Positions 20,115 to 29,791 of a stretch of 64,000 nt of DNA are shown here, in pieces (position 1 is the first letter of the stretch; each line of letters begins with the position of its first letter). Position numbers and translations under genes: made by a program. Source of the stretch: an uncultured Bdellovibrionales bacterium (GTDB lineage Bacteria; Bdellovibrionota_G; JALEGL01; JAGRMV01); assembly GCA_964497185.1 (NCBI GenBank), contig CAZCBX010000002.1:2533-66532 (forward strand), given 5' to 3'. Under the pieces are notes generated by a model. The model was given only the letters and a program-made list of their open reading frames with translations, searched no databases and was not told the origin of the DNA.

Positions 20115-20894
20115 ATGTTTGACGCGTTGCTAACAGCCATGGTAGGCATATGCAACATGAAAACACGTAAAAATATTTGGATGTTGTTATGGATGGTTTT
20201 GCTGATTGCCGGTCAAGCGCCTGCTCAAAATGCTATGAAAGACCCTTTTATTCAAATGACCGCACATGAGCACAATAAGACAGGCAAGTGCAATGCCGAT
20301 TTTTTAAACCGGCATCTAGGGGTGGTGCAGAAATTCGAATTTACATCCCAAGATCGGTGTTATTATGGTACATCGGGCGCGGATCAAATTACCTTACATG
20401 CATTTGCCCAACCCCATGAACAATGTCAGCGTCAAGCAAACCGGTCAGCTGATTTTTGTCATTTTCTCACCATCAATGGCAATCATTACCTTGTATCGCA
20501 CCGAACGCGTCTTGTCGCCCACGTTAATTATACTCGGAATACGGTTTCCAATGTCGCGCCAAAAATTTATATTTTCGGCTTGCAGGGGGATGATCATATC
20601 GACTTAAGAGGCCGCCTCTATAATGGGGTGCCACCCACAGGACATGTCAGTTTTCAGGATAATTTTGAGGCTGGTTTGCAAGAACATCTTTATATCTATG
20701 CGGGACCCGGCAACGACTTTCTTGTGGGTAGTTCGGGAGTCAATTATCTCTTTGATGAAGGTGGATGCGATACAGTGATGGGCGTCGATCAAGCAAACGA
20801 TCATTTCTACAAAGACGGCACATCTGATGAGGACTGCAACGAATGGCTTAACATGGACTGGCATCTGTTTAGAGGCGATTCCAGCGGCAATTGA
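20115..20894 (+). CDS. Hypothetical secreted protein with RTX-like Gly/Asp repeats (possible Ca-binding).
   Basis: Signal-like N-terminus. GPGNDFLVG and GGCDTVMG resemble GGxGxD nonapeptides. Weak. Confidence 0.3.
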   Translation: MFDALLTAMVGICNMKTRKNIWMLLWMVLLIAGQAPAQNAMKDPFIQMTAHEHNKTGKCNADFLNRHLGVVQKFEFTSQDRCYYGTSGADQITLHAFAQPHEQCQRQANRSADFCHFLTINGNHYLVSHRTRLVAHVNYTRNTVSNVAPKIYIFGLQGDDHIDLRGRLYNGVPPTGHVSFQDNFEAGLQEHLYIYAGPGNDFLVGSSGVNYLFDEGGCDTVMGVDQANDHFYKDGTSDEDCNEWLNMDWHLFRGDSSGN

Positions 20895-21043
20895 TGGTGT
20901 CAGGTAGCCCAAAAGTGTTAAGCGCTGCATCTAAATTTGCTATGTATGAATATACATTTATAATTTATAAATCATAAGATGCTTAAATTATTGTATTTTT
21001 TTGTGTTGAAATATACATAAAATATATTATACTATCAAGTAAG

Positions 21044-21448
21044 ATGTTGGCGAAAAAAACAGAACGTGCACAATTGCCCGAAAAAAAGCTTAAAGTATTA
21101 ACCAAAGCTTTTTTTGGCATCCTTGAAAACTGGCAGCTCAGCAATAATGACAAAGCCAAACTTTTGGGCTGGGAGTACGAGCACAAACGGTATGTCATCG
21201 ATGAAATGCGCAAAGGACAACGCGCCATTGACCAAGACGATGACAAAATTACGCGCATCATTGAGATCATCAACATTCATAAAAGTTTGCGCCTGTTGTT
21301 TCCCTACGACCTGGATTTGGCGTACCAGTGGATCACTGAAAAAAGAGAAGTGTTCAATCGTCACTCGGCTTTGGACATCATGAAAGCCGAGGGGATCATG
21401 GGTATCACAGCCATACGAAAATATTTGGACCATGCCCGAACTTCTTAA
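21044..21448 (+). CDS. Xre/MbcA/ParS-type antitoxin (DUF2384-like) of a RES-Xre toxin-antitoxin pair.
   Basis: 134 aa immediately upstream of, and overlapping by 17 nt, a RES-domain gene. The C-terminal region resembles the DUF2384 toxin-binding domain. AT-rich promoter region upstream. Confidence 0.55.
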   Translation: MLAKKTERAQLPEKKLKVLTKAFFGILENWQLSNNDKAKLLGWEYEHKRYVIDEMRKGQRAIDQDDDKITRIIEIINIHKSLRLLFPYDLDLAYQWITEKREVFNRHSALDIMKAEGIMGITAIRKYLDHARTS

Positions 21449-22115
21449 AACCGCGTACAAAAAACAGGTTTTTCGTGCATTTAATACCAAAAAAGTTTCT
21501 GAAGAACTGTTGGATGACATTGGGTTAACCCAAGCCGAACAAGACGTTGCCAAAGATTTTTTTTACGATCAAAAAACACAGCAGCAAAATCCAATTGAAC
21601 GGATTTTTGATCGATCCATGGGGCGGGCACAAATTGCCAGAGATATCCACGCCAAGTTCACGCCCGAAAATTGGAGCCATACGCGTTTTTCTGATGGAAG
21701 CCGGGGTGTGTTGTATACCGGGGAGGCTGTACAAACGGTGCTGGAAGAAAAAAAGTTTTACATGCAACGTTTTTACTTCGAAGAGTCCATGAAAAAAACG
21801 TTCAACGTCGATTTTGCCATCAGCAAGTTGCGCATTCAAACCCAAGCCTTGATTGATCTCACCAATGGAAAGTATTTTGATGTCCAGCAACTACAGTGTC
21901 CCGATCAAAAAAGTTATGCGTACTGCCAAGATGTAGCACGCCAGTGCATTGACCAAGGGGCGCAGGCCATTCGCTCGCCATCTGCCCGGCACGACCAAGG
22001 CGTATGCGTACCTATTTTTCGCATTGAGGTTGTGCAAAAAGACTACAACATTCAAACCTATGTGAAGGCCGAAATTGCCCATGGCAAAATGGAGCTTTTC
22101 TATCCCAAAAAATAA
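21432..22115 (+). CDS. RES-domain toxin (MbcT/ParT-like NAD-targeting toxin family).
   Basis: R..E..S pattern: the R of RFSDGSRGVLYTG, downstream E/S residues, and C-terminal RSPSARHDQGVCVPIF. Size 227 aa; paired with an upstream small antitoxin. Confidence 0.6.
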   Translation: MPELLKTAYKKQVFRAFNTKKVSEELLDDIGLTQAEQDVAKDFFYDQKTQQQNPIERIFDRSMGRAQIARDIHAKFTPENWSHTRFSDGSRGVLYTGEAVQTVLEEKKFYMQRFYFEESMKKTFNVDFAISKLRIQTQALIDLTNGKYFDVQQLQCPDQKSYAYCQDVARQCIDQGAQAIRSPSARHDQGVCVPIFRIEVVQKDYNIQTYVKAEIAHGKMELFYPKK

Positions 22116-22146
22116 ACTAAGATTTTGTTGAGAGGATGTGTGGAGG

Positions 22147-22545
22147 TTAAGAGCAGTGGCTCAAACTTTGAATTTTTTGCACCATGGCAAAAAAGCCGTT
22201 GCGGCGGGTGGGGCTTAAATGTTCACCCAAATCCAATTTGGCAAAAATGTCCTCAATGGGCATTTGTTTGATTTCGTATTCGGATTTTCCGCTATAAATG
22301 GTGATTAAGATGGAGGCCAAGCCTTTGACAATGAAGGCATCGCTGTCGGCTTTGAAAAAATACTTGCCGCCTTTTTCCTCACAGGTGAGCCACACTTGGC
22401 TTACGCAGCCTTCAACGCGATTTTGATCGTTGCGATCGGCTTGGGGGAGGTTGGGTAGTTTTTTGCCTAGGTCAATGATGTACCGGTAACGATCTTCCCA
22501 GTCTTCGAACAATGCAAAATTTTCAACCAATTCTTCGGTTGTCAT
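22147..22545 (-). CDS. sufE: SufE-like sulfur acceptor protein.
   Basis: MTTEELVENFALFEDWEDRYRYIIDLGKKLP ... NRVEGCVSQVWL: conserved SufE Cys-containing motif. Start chosen at MTTEEL; the track ORF extends to 22602. Confidence 0.65.
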   Translation of the reverse strand: MTTEELVENFALFEDWEDRYRYIIDLGKKLPNLPQADRNDQNRVEGCVSQVWLTCEEKGGKYFFKADSDAFIVKGLASILITIYSGKSEYEIKQMPIEDIFAKLDLGEHLSPTRRNGFFAMVQKIQSLSHCS

Positions 22546-22611
22546 AGGTCCCTCTACCATTGATCTTTGCGACGCTTCTGAGCATGAGGCGTGCTCATGC
22601 ATCGGCGCAAC

Positions 22612-22917
22612 TTACCAGCTGGATTTGGTCACGCCGGAAATTTCACCGCTGTGCGCCAGCTCGCGAAATTTAATCCGAGATAAACCAAATTTACGGAAGT
22701 TGCCGCGTGGACGACCCGTCAAAGCACAGCGCAAACGAACGCGGGTTTCTGCTGTGTTACGAGGCATTTGTGCCAATTTGGCACGGGCTTCCATTCGCTC
22801 AGTAAGGGGTAGGCTGACGTCTTTGGACCGCTGACGCAATTCTTTGCGTTTGTCCGCTGCTTTGGCAGACCATAAAATACGATGATTGTTTTGTGCAATT
22901 TTTCCTTTTTTAGCCAT
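22612..22917 (-). CDS. rpsN: Ribosomal protein S14 (C-minus long form), outside any ribosomal-protein operon.
   Basis: [39 protein letters not shown] aligns with S14; 101 aa. A single Cys, so no zinc ribbon. Confidence 0.85.
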   Translation of the reverse strand: MAKKGKIAQNNHRILWSAKAADKRKELRQRSKDVSLPLTERMEARAKLAQMPRNTAETRVRLRCALTGRPRGNFRKFGLSRIKFRELAHSGEISGVTKSSW

Positions 22918-23003
22918 AGACGCCGCTTTTAGCCTACTTTTACCGCAATGGCAAGCAGTAAAATATTGAAAATCACCGATTTCATACGAAAAAAGTCGTA
23001 GGT

Positions 23004-23462
23004 TTATTGGTATTTTTCAATGCGATGGGCTTGAACGCGAAAGGCGGCTTTGAACTGGGGGTGATCGGTCGGCTGTATTTGGAAGGTGCCATAAATCCAA
23101 AAAGGCGCCCAGAGGTCTTCTGGATCGATGCGGTCTTGGGTTAATTCAACCATCACGATCTGATTGGCCGGTGGTGGAGGGCTATGAATGCAGGACACTG
23201 GATAGGGCACGAGGGTAAACTCAAAAATCTCGGCGGCATCGTCGGTCAGTGGGGTAACAAAACCCGCCATTTTAACCTTTTGGTTTTGCAGTGATTGAAG
23301 CAAGTCGGGTGCGTTGCCCGTGGTGGGGTCAAAAGCTTGAAGGTCGTTCCAGGTCAGTTTGGCGTACTCCGGGGCGGGGTCGGTTTTGGGTTTGGTGGTG
23401 CACGCACTCAGACTCAACAGCAAGCCAAAAATACAACCTATTGCGAGACGCCAGTGGTTCAT
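23004..23462 (-). CDS. DUF3299-like lipoprotein (ZrgD-like) of the zinc ABC importer operon.
   Basis: Start chosen at [21 protein letters not shown] (lipobox). Positioned directly after the permease, as in zrgABCD-type operons. Confidence 0.4.
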   Translation of the reverse strand: MNHWRLAIGCIFGLLLSLSACTTKPKTDPAPEYAKLTWNDLQAFDPTTGNAPDLLQSLQNQKVKMAGFVTPLTDDAAEIFEFTLVPYPVSCIHSPPPPANQIVMVELTQDRIDPEDLWAPFWIYGTFQIQPTDHPQFKAAFRVQAHRIEKYQ

Positions 23463-23464
23463 GG

Positions 23465-24673
23465 TTAGCTTTGTAACCCATTTTGCAGCGATTGGCGATA
23501 GGCGATCACGCTCGGCAGCAGAGAAAACACCAGGCTGGCGCCCCATAGCAACCCCAGCCATGTCCATTCGGTGGGATGGATCCAGTGGTGGGTCATGAAC
23601 AAACCATAGTTTTGTTGCAGCCAGGGCGCAGCCAGTCGAAGGCTCACGTGAAGCATCAAAAGCCCTACCACAATGGCCACAGCGCTGATCAGCGCCGTTT
23701 CAATGATAAAAAGACCTGCGATGGATCGCGGCCGCGCGCCCTGCGATCGCAACACGGCCATTTCGTATCGCCGTTCTCTCATGGAGCTAAGCAGCGCGAT
23801 TAAAAGCCCAAACATGGCCGTTACAAACACCAAAAAAGAAATCACCATCAATGTTTTTTCAGCCATGGATACCAAGTTCCACATTTCATACAGGGTGAGG
23901 CTGGGCAAGATGGCCAGCAAGGCCTCCTGTGGGTAGGTATTGAGCCAACGCTGCCATTCAAAAATGGACAATTTGCTTTTGAGCCCAATGAACATGGCGG
24001 TGATGGCTTCGGGGCGCGAAGGAGCGAAACCATCGATTTGATCTTGGTGAAGCCATTCGATGGCCGACAAGTCAACGTAAAGGGCACGGTCCACGGGGGT
24101 GCCGGTGGGTTTTAAAATGCCACTGACGGTAAAACCGTGCTGGTCGTGGGGGGCAAAAGAAGTTTCTCCCAAGCCGTGCGACACGGTGATCGGCTTGCCC
24201 ACCTTGTAGCCGAGCTGTTTGGCCACCCACGCGCCCAGCACAACTTGATGATGGTGTGCAAAAGATTTTCCATCAGCGAAAGTCAGCGGCCGTTTGGGGC
24301 CGTACTGAAAATGAGTAAAAAAATCGGGTGTGGTGCCAATCACGCGGAAACCACGGTGTGAATCGCCAAGCGATATCGGAAGAACAAAGGCTGCTTCGGG
24401 TTCTTGGGTGAGTTGGTCATAAAGATCATATGAAATGTTGTTGCTGGGAAAACCATGGTGAAACACCGTGCTCAATAACAATTGAGTGCTGCCGGTCTTG
24501 GCTCCGACAATTAAGTCAATGTTGGAAACCGTATGTTGAAAACTTTCTTTGGCATCGCGCTGCACGCGTCCCACACCCAAGAGCAACACCACACTCAGCG
24601 CAATGGAAGCGATGGTCAGGCCGACGCTTTGTCTTCGAAACAACAAACTTTGATAAGCCAAACGAAAAAACAT
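23465..24673 (-). CDS. ABC transporter permease (FtsX/MacB-like fold).
   Basis: 402 aa; N-terminal TM, a large periplasmic domain, then 3 C-terminal TM helices. Confidence 0.7.
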   Translation of the reverse strand: MFFRLAYQSLLFRRQSVGLTIASIALSVVLLLGVGRVQRDAKESFQHTVSNIDLIVGAKTGSTQLLLSTVFHHGFPSNNISYDLYDQLTQEPEAAFVLPISLGDSHRGFRVIGTTPDFFTHFQYGPKRPLTFADGKSFAHHHQVVLGAWVAKQLGYKVGKPITVSHGLGETSFAPHDQHGFTVSGILKPTGTPVDRALYVDLSAIEWLHQDQIDGFAPSRPEAITAMFIGLKSKLSIFEWQRWLNTYPQEALLAILPSLTLYEMWNLVSMAEKTLMVISFLVFVTAMFGLLIALLSSMRERRYEMAVLRSQGARPRSIAGLFIIETALISAVAIVVGLLMLHVSLRLAAPWLQQNYGLFMTHHWIHPTEWTWLGLLWGASLVFSLLPSVIAYRQSLQNGLQS

Positions 24674-25356
24674 TAGGTGTCCTCGCGTTTGCGCAACGTG
24701 GCCATGTCCAAGGTTTGATCAAAATAACGGGAGAGGGTTGGATCATGGCTCACCATCATCACCGTCATGCCGTGGGTTTTGCATTCTTCCAACAAAAGCT
24801 TCATCAAGCGCGATGCATTGGCAGGATCCAAGCTGGAGGTTGGTTCATCGGCCAAGATAAAAGACGGGTGGCCCATCATGCTGCGGGCAAATGCCACACG
24901 CTGTTGTTGTCCATGGCTTAGCTGATTGGCTTTTTGCTCCAACATGTTGCGGCTTAAGCCCAATGCTTGTGCATAAGTTGCAGCCAGTTCAGGCAAAGGC
25001 ATTGAGTGTGCGTGGGCGTTTTGACGGCGCACCCGCGAGTACGAAAGCGGCAAAAGTATGTTGTCCAATACACTTAAGTAACCAATTAAATTAAACTGCT
25101 GAAAAACGTACCCCAAGTGATCGGCGCGAAATTGATCGCGTTGCCCCCGCGACATCGCGTGCAAGGGGTGCCCCAAAATCGTGAGCTGCCCATGGGTTAC
25201 AGGGTTGATGCCCGATAGCATGTTGAGCAGAGTTGTTTTGCCACTACCACTGGCGCCTTGAATCAGCGTGTGCTGGCCAGGGGCGATGGTAAAATTTTCA
25301 AAATGCATGGGGCGCTGCCCCGGGTAAGCGTAGGCCAGGTGTTTGGCTTCAAGCAT
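24673..25356 (-). CDS. ABC transporter ATP-binding protein.
   Basis: Walker A GASGSGKTT, signature LSHGQQQRVAFAR, Walker B ILADEPTSSLD. Confidence 0.9.
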   Translation of the reverse strand: MLEAKHLAYAYPGQRPMHFENFTIAPGQHTLIQGASGSGKTTLLNMLSGINPVTHGQLTILGHPLHAMSRGQRDQFRADHLGYVFQQFNLIGYLSVLDNILLPLSYSRVRRQNAHAHSMPLPELAATYAQALGLSRNMLEQKANQLSHGQQQRVAFARSMMGHPSFILADEPTSSLDPANASRLMKLLLEECKTHGMTVMMVSHDPTLSRYFDQTLDMATLRKREDT

Positions 25357-25362
25357 GATCGA

Positions 25363-25944
25363 TTATTTCTTTTTGATCTTGATCAAGGTGCTGTTTTTTT
25401 TCAGCGTGGCTTTGGGAAAAATCTGTCCACCCGCGATGATGGTGGCTTCAATGTGATCGATTTTGGAAGCGAGCTGGAAAAAGGGCTGAAAGTCAATGGA
25501 CTCAATGGCTACGTCTTGTTTGCATGCCCAATGAAAAGAAACCACAAAATCGGCATGCCCTCCGGGCAATTCGGCGCGTTTAAAAGAAGACTCTTGCAAG
25601 TGGCATTGGTTTTGCGCAGGTTGCAAATCAAAAAGGCGCGTGTGTTGGCGCAAAAGAGGCACCGCTTCTTCGGAAGACAAAAGATCCCCCGAAGGCAAAT
25701 CAAATTCAATGGAAATTTCACGATGGGCAAAAACAATTTTGGCATTGGCCTGCCCATGTACATGACCACGGTGCGTGGTTATCGATTTTGAATCTTCGTG
25801 ATGGTCATGACCGTCGTGATCGTCTAAATTTTTTTCCTCGATTTCATCGCTGGAGTGGGGCGTCACCGAAGGAGCTGCAAAACCATGAGGGGATATCAAA
25901 AATGCAGGAGCCAGTAGAAAGAAAGCGATGGTTAAAAATTTCAT
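25363..25944 (-). CDS. His-rich periplasmic metal-binding protein (ZrgA/DUF2796-like).
   Basis: Signal peptide MKFLTIAFFLLAPAFLISPHGFA. His-rich tracts DDHDGHDHHEDSK..HRGHVHG. First gene of the ABC operon. Confidence 0.4.
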   Translation of the reverse strand: MKFLTIAFFLLAPAFLISPHGFAAPSVTPHSSDEIEEKNLDDHDGHDHHEDSKSITTHRGHVHGQANAKIVFAHREISIEFDLPSGDLLSSEEAVPLLRQHTRLFDLQPAQNQCHLQESSFKRAELPGGHADFVVSFHWACKQDVAIESIDFQPFFQLASKIDHIEATIIAGGQIFPKATLKKNSTLIKIKKK

Positions 25945-26047
25945 AGCTTTCGATTTACCACATTCATTTCTGGAAGAAAAGACGGGATGATGCTCGCCCT
26001 ATTTTTTCCATGACGAATGCGGGATATTGGCGTACATAGGGCCCCAT

Positions 26048-28864
26048 ATGAGTACCTACGATTTCGCCTCCATCGAACGCAAATGGCAAGATATTTGGGA
26101 AACCCAACGCACGTTTTCATCGGCGCAACCCTCCGATCCCGATTTCGACCCCAACCAACCCAAATATTATGTGTTGGATATGTTTCCTTATCCTTCCGGC
26201 AAGGGCCTTCATGTGGGCCACCCCTTGGGCTACATTGCCACCGATATTGTGGCGCGCTACAAGCGTATGACCGGCCATCAGGTTTTGCACCCCATGGGCT
26301 TTGATGCATTTGGTTTGCCCGCCGAGCAGTACGCCATCGAAACCGGCACGCATCCCGAAGTGACCACATTGAAAAACATCGAAAACATGCGCAAACAGCT
26401 TAAAGCGTGTGGCCTGAGCTATGATTGGTCGCGTGAAATTTCCACAACGGATCCGTCCTATTATAAATGGACGCAGTGGATCTTCTTGCAATTGTTTCAT
26501 GCTTGGTACAATGAACAAACCGACAAAGCCGAGCCGATCGACACACTGAAAAAAGCCTACCAAGCCGATCAATTTCGTTTTGATGGTCAAACACGGCTGG
26601 CCCAATCAGAGGCCGGCTATGCGCAAGCCTCCCCCTGGTTATCCATGACCGATGCACAAAAAGAGCAGGCATTGGCCGCCGATCGTTTGGCTTATATGGA
26701 TGACGTGGTGGTGAACTGGTGTCCAGGCTTGGGCACGGTGCTTGCCAATGAAGAAGTCACCATTGATGGCCGTTCAGAGCGAGGCAATCATCCTGTATTC
26801 AAGCGCCCGCTCAAACAGTGGATGCTGCGCATTACCAAATATGCGGATCGGCTTGAAAAAGATTTAGACCATGTTCACTGGCCTATGGCTGTCAAACAGA
26901 TGCAAACCCACTGGATTGGCAAAAGCCAAGGGGCCAGCGTGTGTTTCAACCAGCACCAACATCCAGAGGCTCCCGCCATTGAAGTTTTTACTACCCGACC
27001 CGACACGCTCTTTGGGGTTACCTTTTTGGTTCTGGCGCCTGAACATCCCATGGTCGATGAGCTTACCACCTCCGAGCAAAAGCAAGCCGTGGCGCAGTAC
27101 AAAAAACAAGCCTTGGCAAAATCGGAAGTGGACCGACAAGCAGAAACACGCGACAAAAAAGGGGTATTTACTGGTAGCTATGCCATCAACCCTGCAAGCG
27201 ATGAAAAAATTCCGGTTTGGATTGCAGACTATGTGCTGATGGGTTACGGCACTGGGGCCATTATGGCCGTTCCGGCGCATGATCAGCGTGATTTTGAATT
27301 TGCCCAAGCCTACAACATCGACATCCGCGCTGTGGTGGAACCCACCCCCAAATTTTTAAAACAGCACACGATCACCTTGCTCGAGTATTTGGAAGACCCG
27401 GGTTATCTATCGGAAGCCTTCACTGAAAAAACCCAATGCACGCAATCGGAAAGCCCAGCGATTAACTTAAACAACTTGCCTTGCGATCGCGCCAGCAAAA
27501 AGATGATTGATTTTTTAGAGCGTCATCAAATGGGGCAGGGCAAAACCCAATTTAAATTAAGGGACTGGCTTTTTTCAAGGCAGCGATATTGGGGCGAACC
27601 GTTTCCAATTTTGCATGGGCCCAACGGTGAAATTCGCGCGGTGGATGCCGACGATTTGCCCGTGGTGCTTCCAGAGCTATCCGATTTTAAACCCACTGCT
27701 TCCGATGACATGGACCAAGCACCCGCGCCTTCCTTGGATCGCGCGCCAGAAGAATGGAAAAAAGTGGTCATCGACGGTGTAGAATACACCCGCGAGCTCA
27801 ACACCATGCCGCAATGGGCAGGGTCCTGTTGGTATTATTTGCGGTTTACCGACCCCAATAACCAAGATGTGTTTGCCAGCCCTGAGGCGCAGGCTTATTG
27901 GATGGGCCAAAAAGGCGTCGATTTGTATGTGGGTGGGGTGGAACATGCGGTCTTGCATCTTTTGTACGCACGATTTTGGCATAAAGTCTTGTACGACTTG
28001 GGGCATGTGGCCTGCATTGAACCGTTTGGCACGTTGTTTAACCAAGGGTACATACAGGCTTATTCTTACCAGGACGCGCGCGGCATGTATGTGGATGCCA
28101 CCGCTGTGGAAGAGGATGATCAGGGCAATTTCACCCATCAAGGCAAACCAGTTACGCGCAATTTAGGTAAAATGGGCAAATCGCTTAAAAATGCCATTGG
28201 TCCGGAAGAAGTCATTGAAACCTTTGGCTGTGATACATTTCGTCTTTACGAAATGTATTTGGGCCCCATTGAGCAGTCTAAAACATGGGATACAGATGCC
28301 ATCATCGGCATTCATCGCTTTTTGCAACGGGTGTGGCGCAATTTTGTGACCGATCAAGCAGAAAAAACAAACCAAAAAGACTGCCCGCTCGAACCCAAAA
28401 TTGCGGGCATCCTGGCACGGACCATCGCGCATGTAACAGAGTCGATGAATGGCATGAAATTTAACACGGCCATTGCGCAATTGATTCAGCTTAACAATTT
28501 ATTTGTGTCCATGGATTGCATTCCCGAGCAGGCGGCCCAAGCCTTTATCAAAATGCTTAGCCCCTTGGCACCGCACATGGCCGAAGAAATTTGGCAAATG
28601 TGGGGCCACACCACGTCCATTGCGCATGCACCATGGCCCACCTACGATCCCAAAGCCCTCGAAAAGGATGAAATCGAGCTGGTGGTGCAGGTCAATGGAA
28701 AACGCCGTGCTAGTTTGCAAGTCAGCCCCAATATTGCCAAAGATGATGCTCAGGCACTGGCTTTGGAGCAAGAAAATGTACAAAAGCACTTGGAAGGCAT
28801 GAGCATCGTAAAATGCATATTTGTGCCCAAGCGCCTGGTCAATTTTGTGGTCAAGCCGCAATAA
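26048..28864 (+). CDS. leuS: Leucyl-tRNA synthetase.
   Basis: MSTYDFASIERKWQDIW N-terminus, HVGHPLGY (HIGH) and KMGKS (KMSKS) motifs; about 938 aa. The track ORF starts 21 nt earlier. Confidence 0.9.
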   Translation: MSTYDFASIERKWQDIWETQRTFSSAQPSDPDFDPNQPKYYVLDMFPYPSGKGLHVGHPLGYIATDIVARYKRMTGHQVLHPMGFDAFGLPAEQYAIETGTHPEVTTLKNIENMRKQLKACGLSYDWSREISTTDPSYYKWTQWIFLQLFHAWYNEQTDKAEPIDTLKKAYQADQFRFDGQTRLAQSEAGYAQASPWLSMTDAQKEQALAADRLAYMDDVVVNWCPGLGTVLANEEVTIDGRSERGNHPVFKRPLKQWMLRITKYADRLEKDLDHVHWPMAVKQMQTHWIGKSQGASVCFNQHQHPEAPAIEVFTTRPDTLFGVTFLVLAPEHPMVDELTTSEQKQAVAQYKKQALAKSEVDRQAETRDKKGVFTGSYAINPASDEKIPVWIADYVLMGYGTGAIMAVPAHDQRDFEFAQAYNIDIRAVVEPTPKFLKQHTITLLEYLEDPGYLSEAFTEKTQCTQSESPAINLNNLPCDRASKKMIDFLERHQMGQGKTQFKLRDWLFSRQRYWGEPFPILHGPNGEIRAVDADDLPVVLPELSDFKPTASDDMDQAPAPSLDRAPEEWKKVVIDGVEYTRELNTMPQWAGSCWYYLRFTDPNNQDVFASPEAQAYWMGQKGVDLYVGGVEHAVLHLLYARFWHKVLYDLGHVACIEPFGTLFNQGYIQAYSYQDARGMYVDATAVEEDDQGNFTHQGKPVTRNLGKMGKSLKNAIGPEEVIETFGCDTFRLYEMYLGPIEQSKTWDTDAIIGIHRFLQRVWRNFVTDQAEKTNQKDCPLEPKIAGILARTIAHVTESMNGMKFNTAIAQLIQLNNLFVSMDCIPEQAAQAFIKMLSPLAPHMAEEIWQMWGHTTSIAHAPWPTYDPKALEKDEIELVVQVNGKRRASLQVSPNIAKDDAQALALEQENVQKHLEGMSIVKCIFVPKRLVNFVVKPQ

Positions 28865-29012
28865 ATAGGCCGACCGAGCGCAGGGCTCGAAAAGGGCAAA
28901 AAGACCCTATTTTTTTTATAGGCATGGCTTGATTTGCAGGTCAAAGCCTGGTATCTACGCAAAGCTTCACAGAATTTGTGTGCGTAGAGGCAACAATATA
29001 AGGATAACCGTT

Positions 29013-29252
29013 ATGAAAAAAGAAATTCATCCAGAGTACAAAGAAGTTCTCTTTTTGGACGTGAGCACCAGCGAAAAATTTTTGGGTCGCTCCACCAAAC
29101 TGCCCAACGAAACCATGGAACACGAAGGCAAAGAATACCCCGTGATTCGATTGGATATTTCCAGCAGTTCTCACCCTTTTTACACAGGTCAAAGCCGCAT
29201 TTTGGATACAGAAGGCCGCGTAGAACGTTTTAAGAAAAAATACGGAAAATAA
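29013..29252 (+). CDS. rpmE: Ribosomal protein L31, type B (no CxxC zinc motifs).
   Basis: [12 protein letters not shown]...[25 protein letters not shown]; no cysteines; RBS aaggat. Confidence 0.85.
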   Translation: MKKEIHPEYKEVLFLDVSTSEKFLGRSTKLPNETMEHEGKEYPVIRLDISSSSHPFYTGQSRILDTEGRVERFKKKYGK

Positions 29253-29263
29253 GGAAAACCGAC

Positions 29264-29449
29264 ATGAGCGACATTATCTACATGATTTCTTCAGAGGGTA
29301 CGGGACATTTCTACACCACCTTGAAGAACAAAAAAAACAACCAAGAAAAATTAAAGCTGAAAAAATACGACCCAGTGGCCCGCAAGCATGTTTATTATGT
29401 GGAAAGTGCCAAATTGAGTAAATCCAAAGGCAAAAAAGTTTCGGTCTAA
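29264..29449 (+). CDS. rpmG: Ribosomal protein L33 (C-minus form).
   Basis: [37 protein letters not shown]; RBS aaggaaa. Confidence 0.85.
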   Translation: MSDIIYMISSEGTGHFYTTLKNKKNNQEKLKLKKYDPVARKHVYYVESAKLSKSKGKKVSV

Positions 29450-29483
29450 CCAACATTTCAATCGATCAAAACGGAGAATCATC

Positions 29484-29753
29484 ATGGCTCAAATTTGTGA
29501 ATTAACCGGTAAAAAACCACTGACCGGCAACAACGTCAGTAACTCAAACATCAAAATCAAACGTCGACAAAATCCCAATCTTCATTCCAAAAAAATGATG
29601 ATTCCGGAGCTAAAAAAATCAGTGACGCTTAAGCTTTCAACCAACGCCATTCGCACCATTGACAAACTCGGCATCAGCGGTGCAATCCTGAAAGCAAACG
29701 AGGAAGTGCTTTCCAAGCAGCTTCGTCGCATTGCCCGAGAGTTGCGTAAATAA
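29484..29753 (+). CDS. rpmB: Ribosomal protein L28.
   Basis: MAQICELTGKKPLTGNNVSNSNIKIKRRQNPNLHSKK matches the L28 N-terminus. Confidence 0.85.
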   Translation: MAQICELTGKKPLTGNNVSNSNIKIKRRQNPNLHSKKMMIPELKKSVTLKLSTNAIRTIDKLGISGAILKANEEVLSKQLRRIARELRK

Positions 29754-29791
29754 GAATGGCCCAAATGGGCTCTTTCTAGTATGATAGGCGC

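Noticed and set aside
25258-25791. 177-aa plus-strand ORF spanning the ABC ATPase/ZrgA-like junction.
   Set aside because: It is antisense to two well-supported minus-strand genes.
26117-28480. Several minus-strand ORFs inside leuS (26117..26605, 27677..28141 and others).
   Set aside because: They lie inside a 938-aa synthetase ORF with HIGH and KMSKS motifs.
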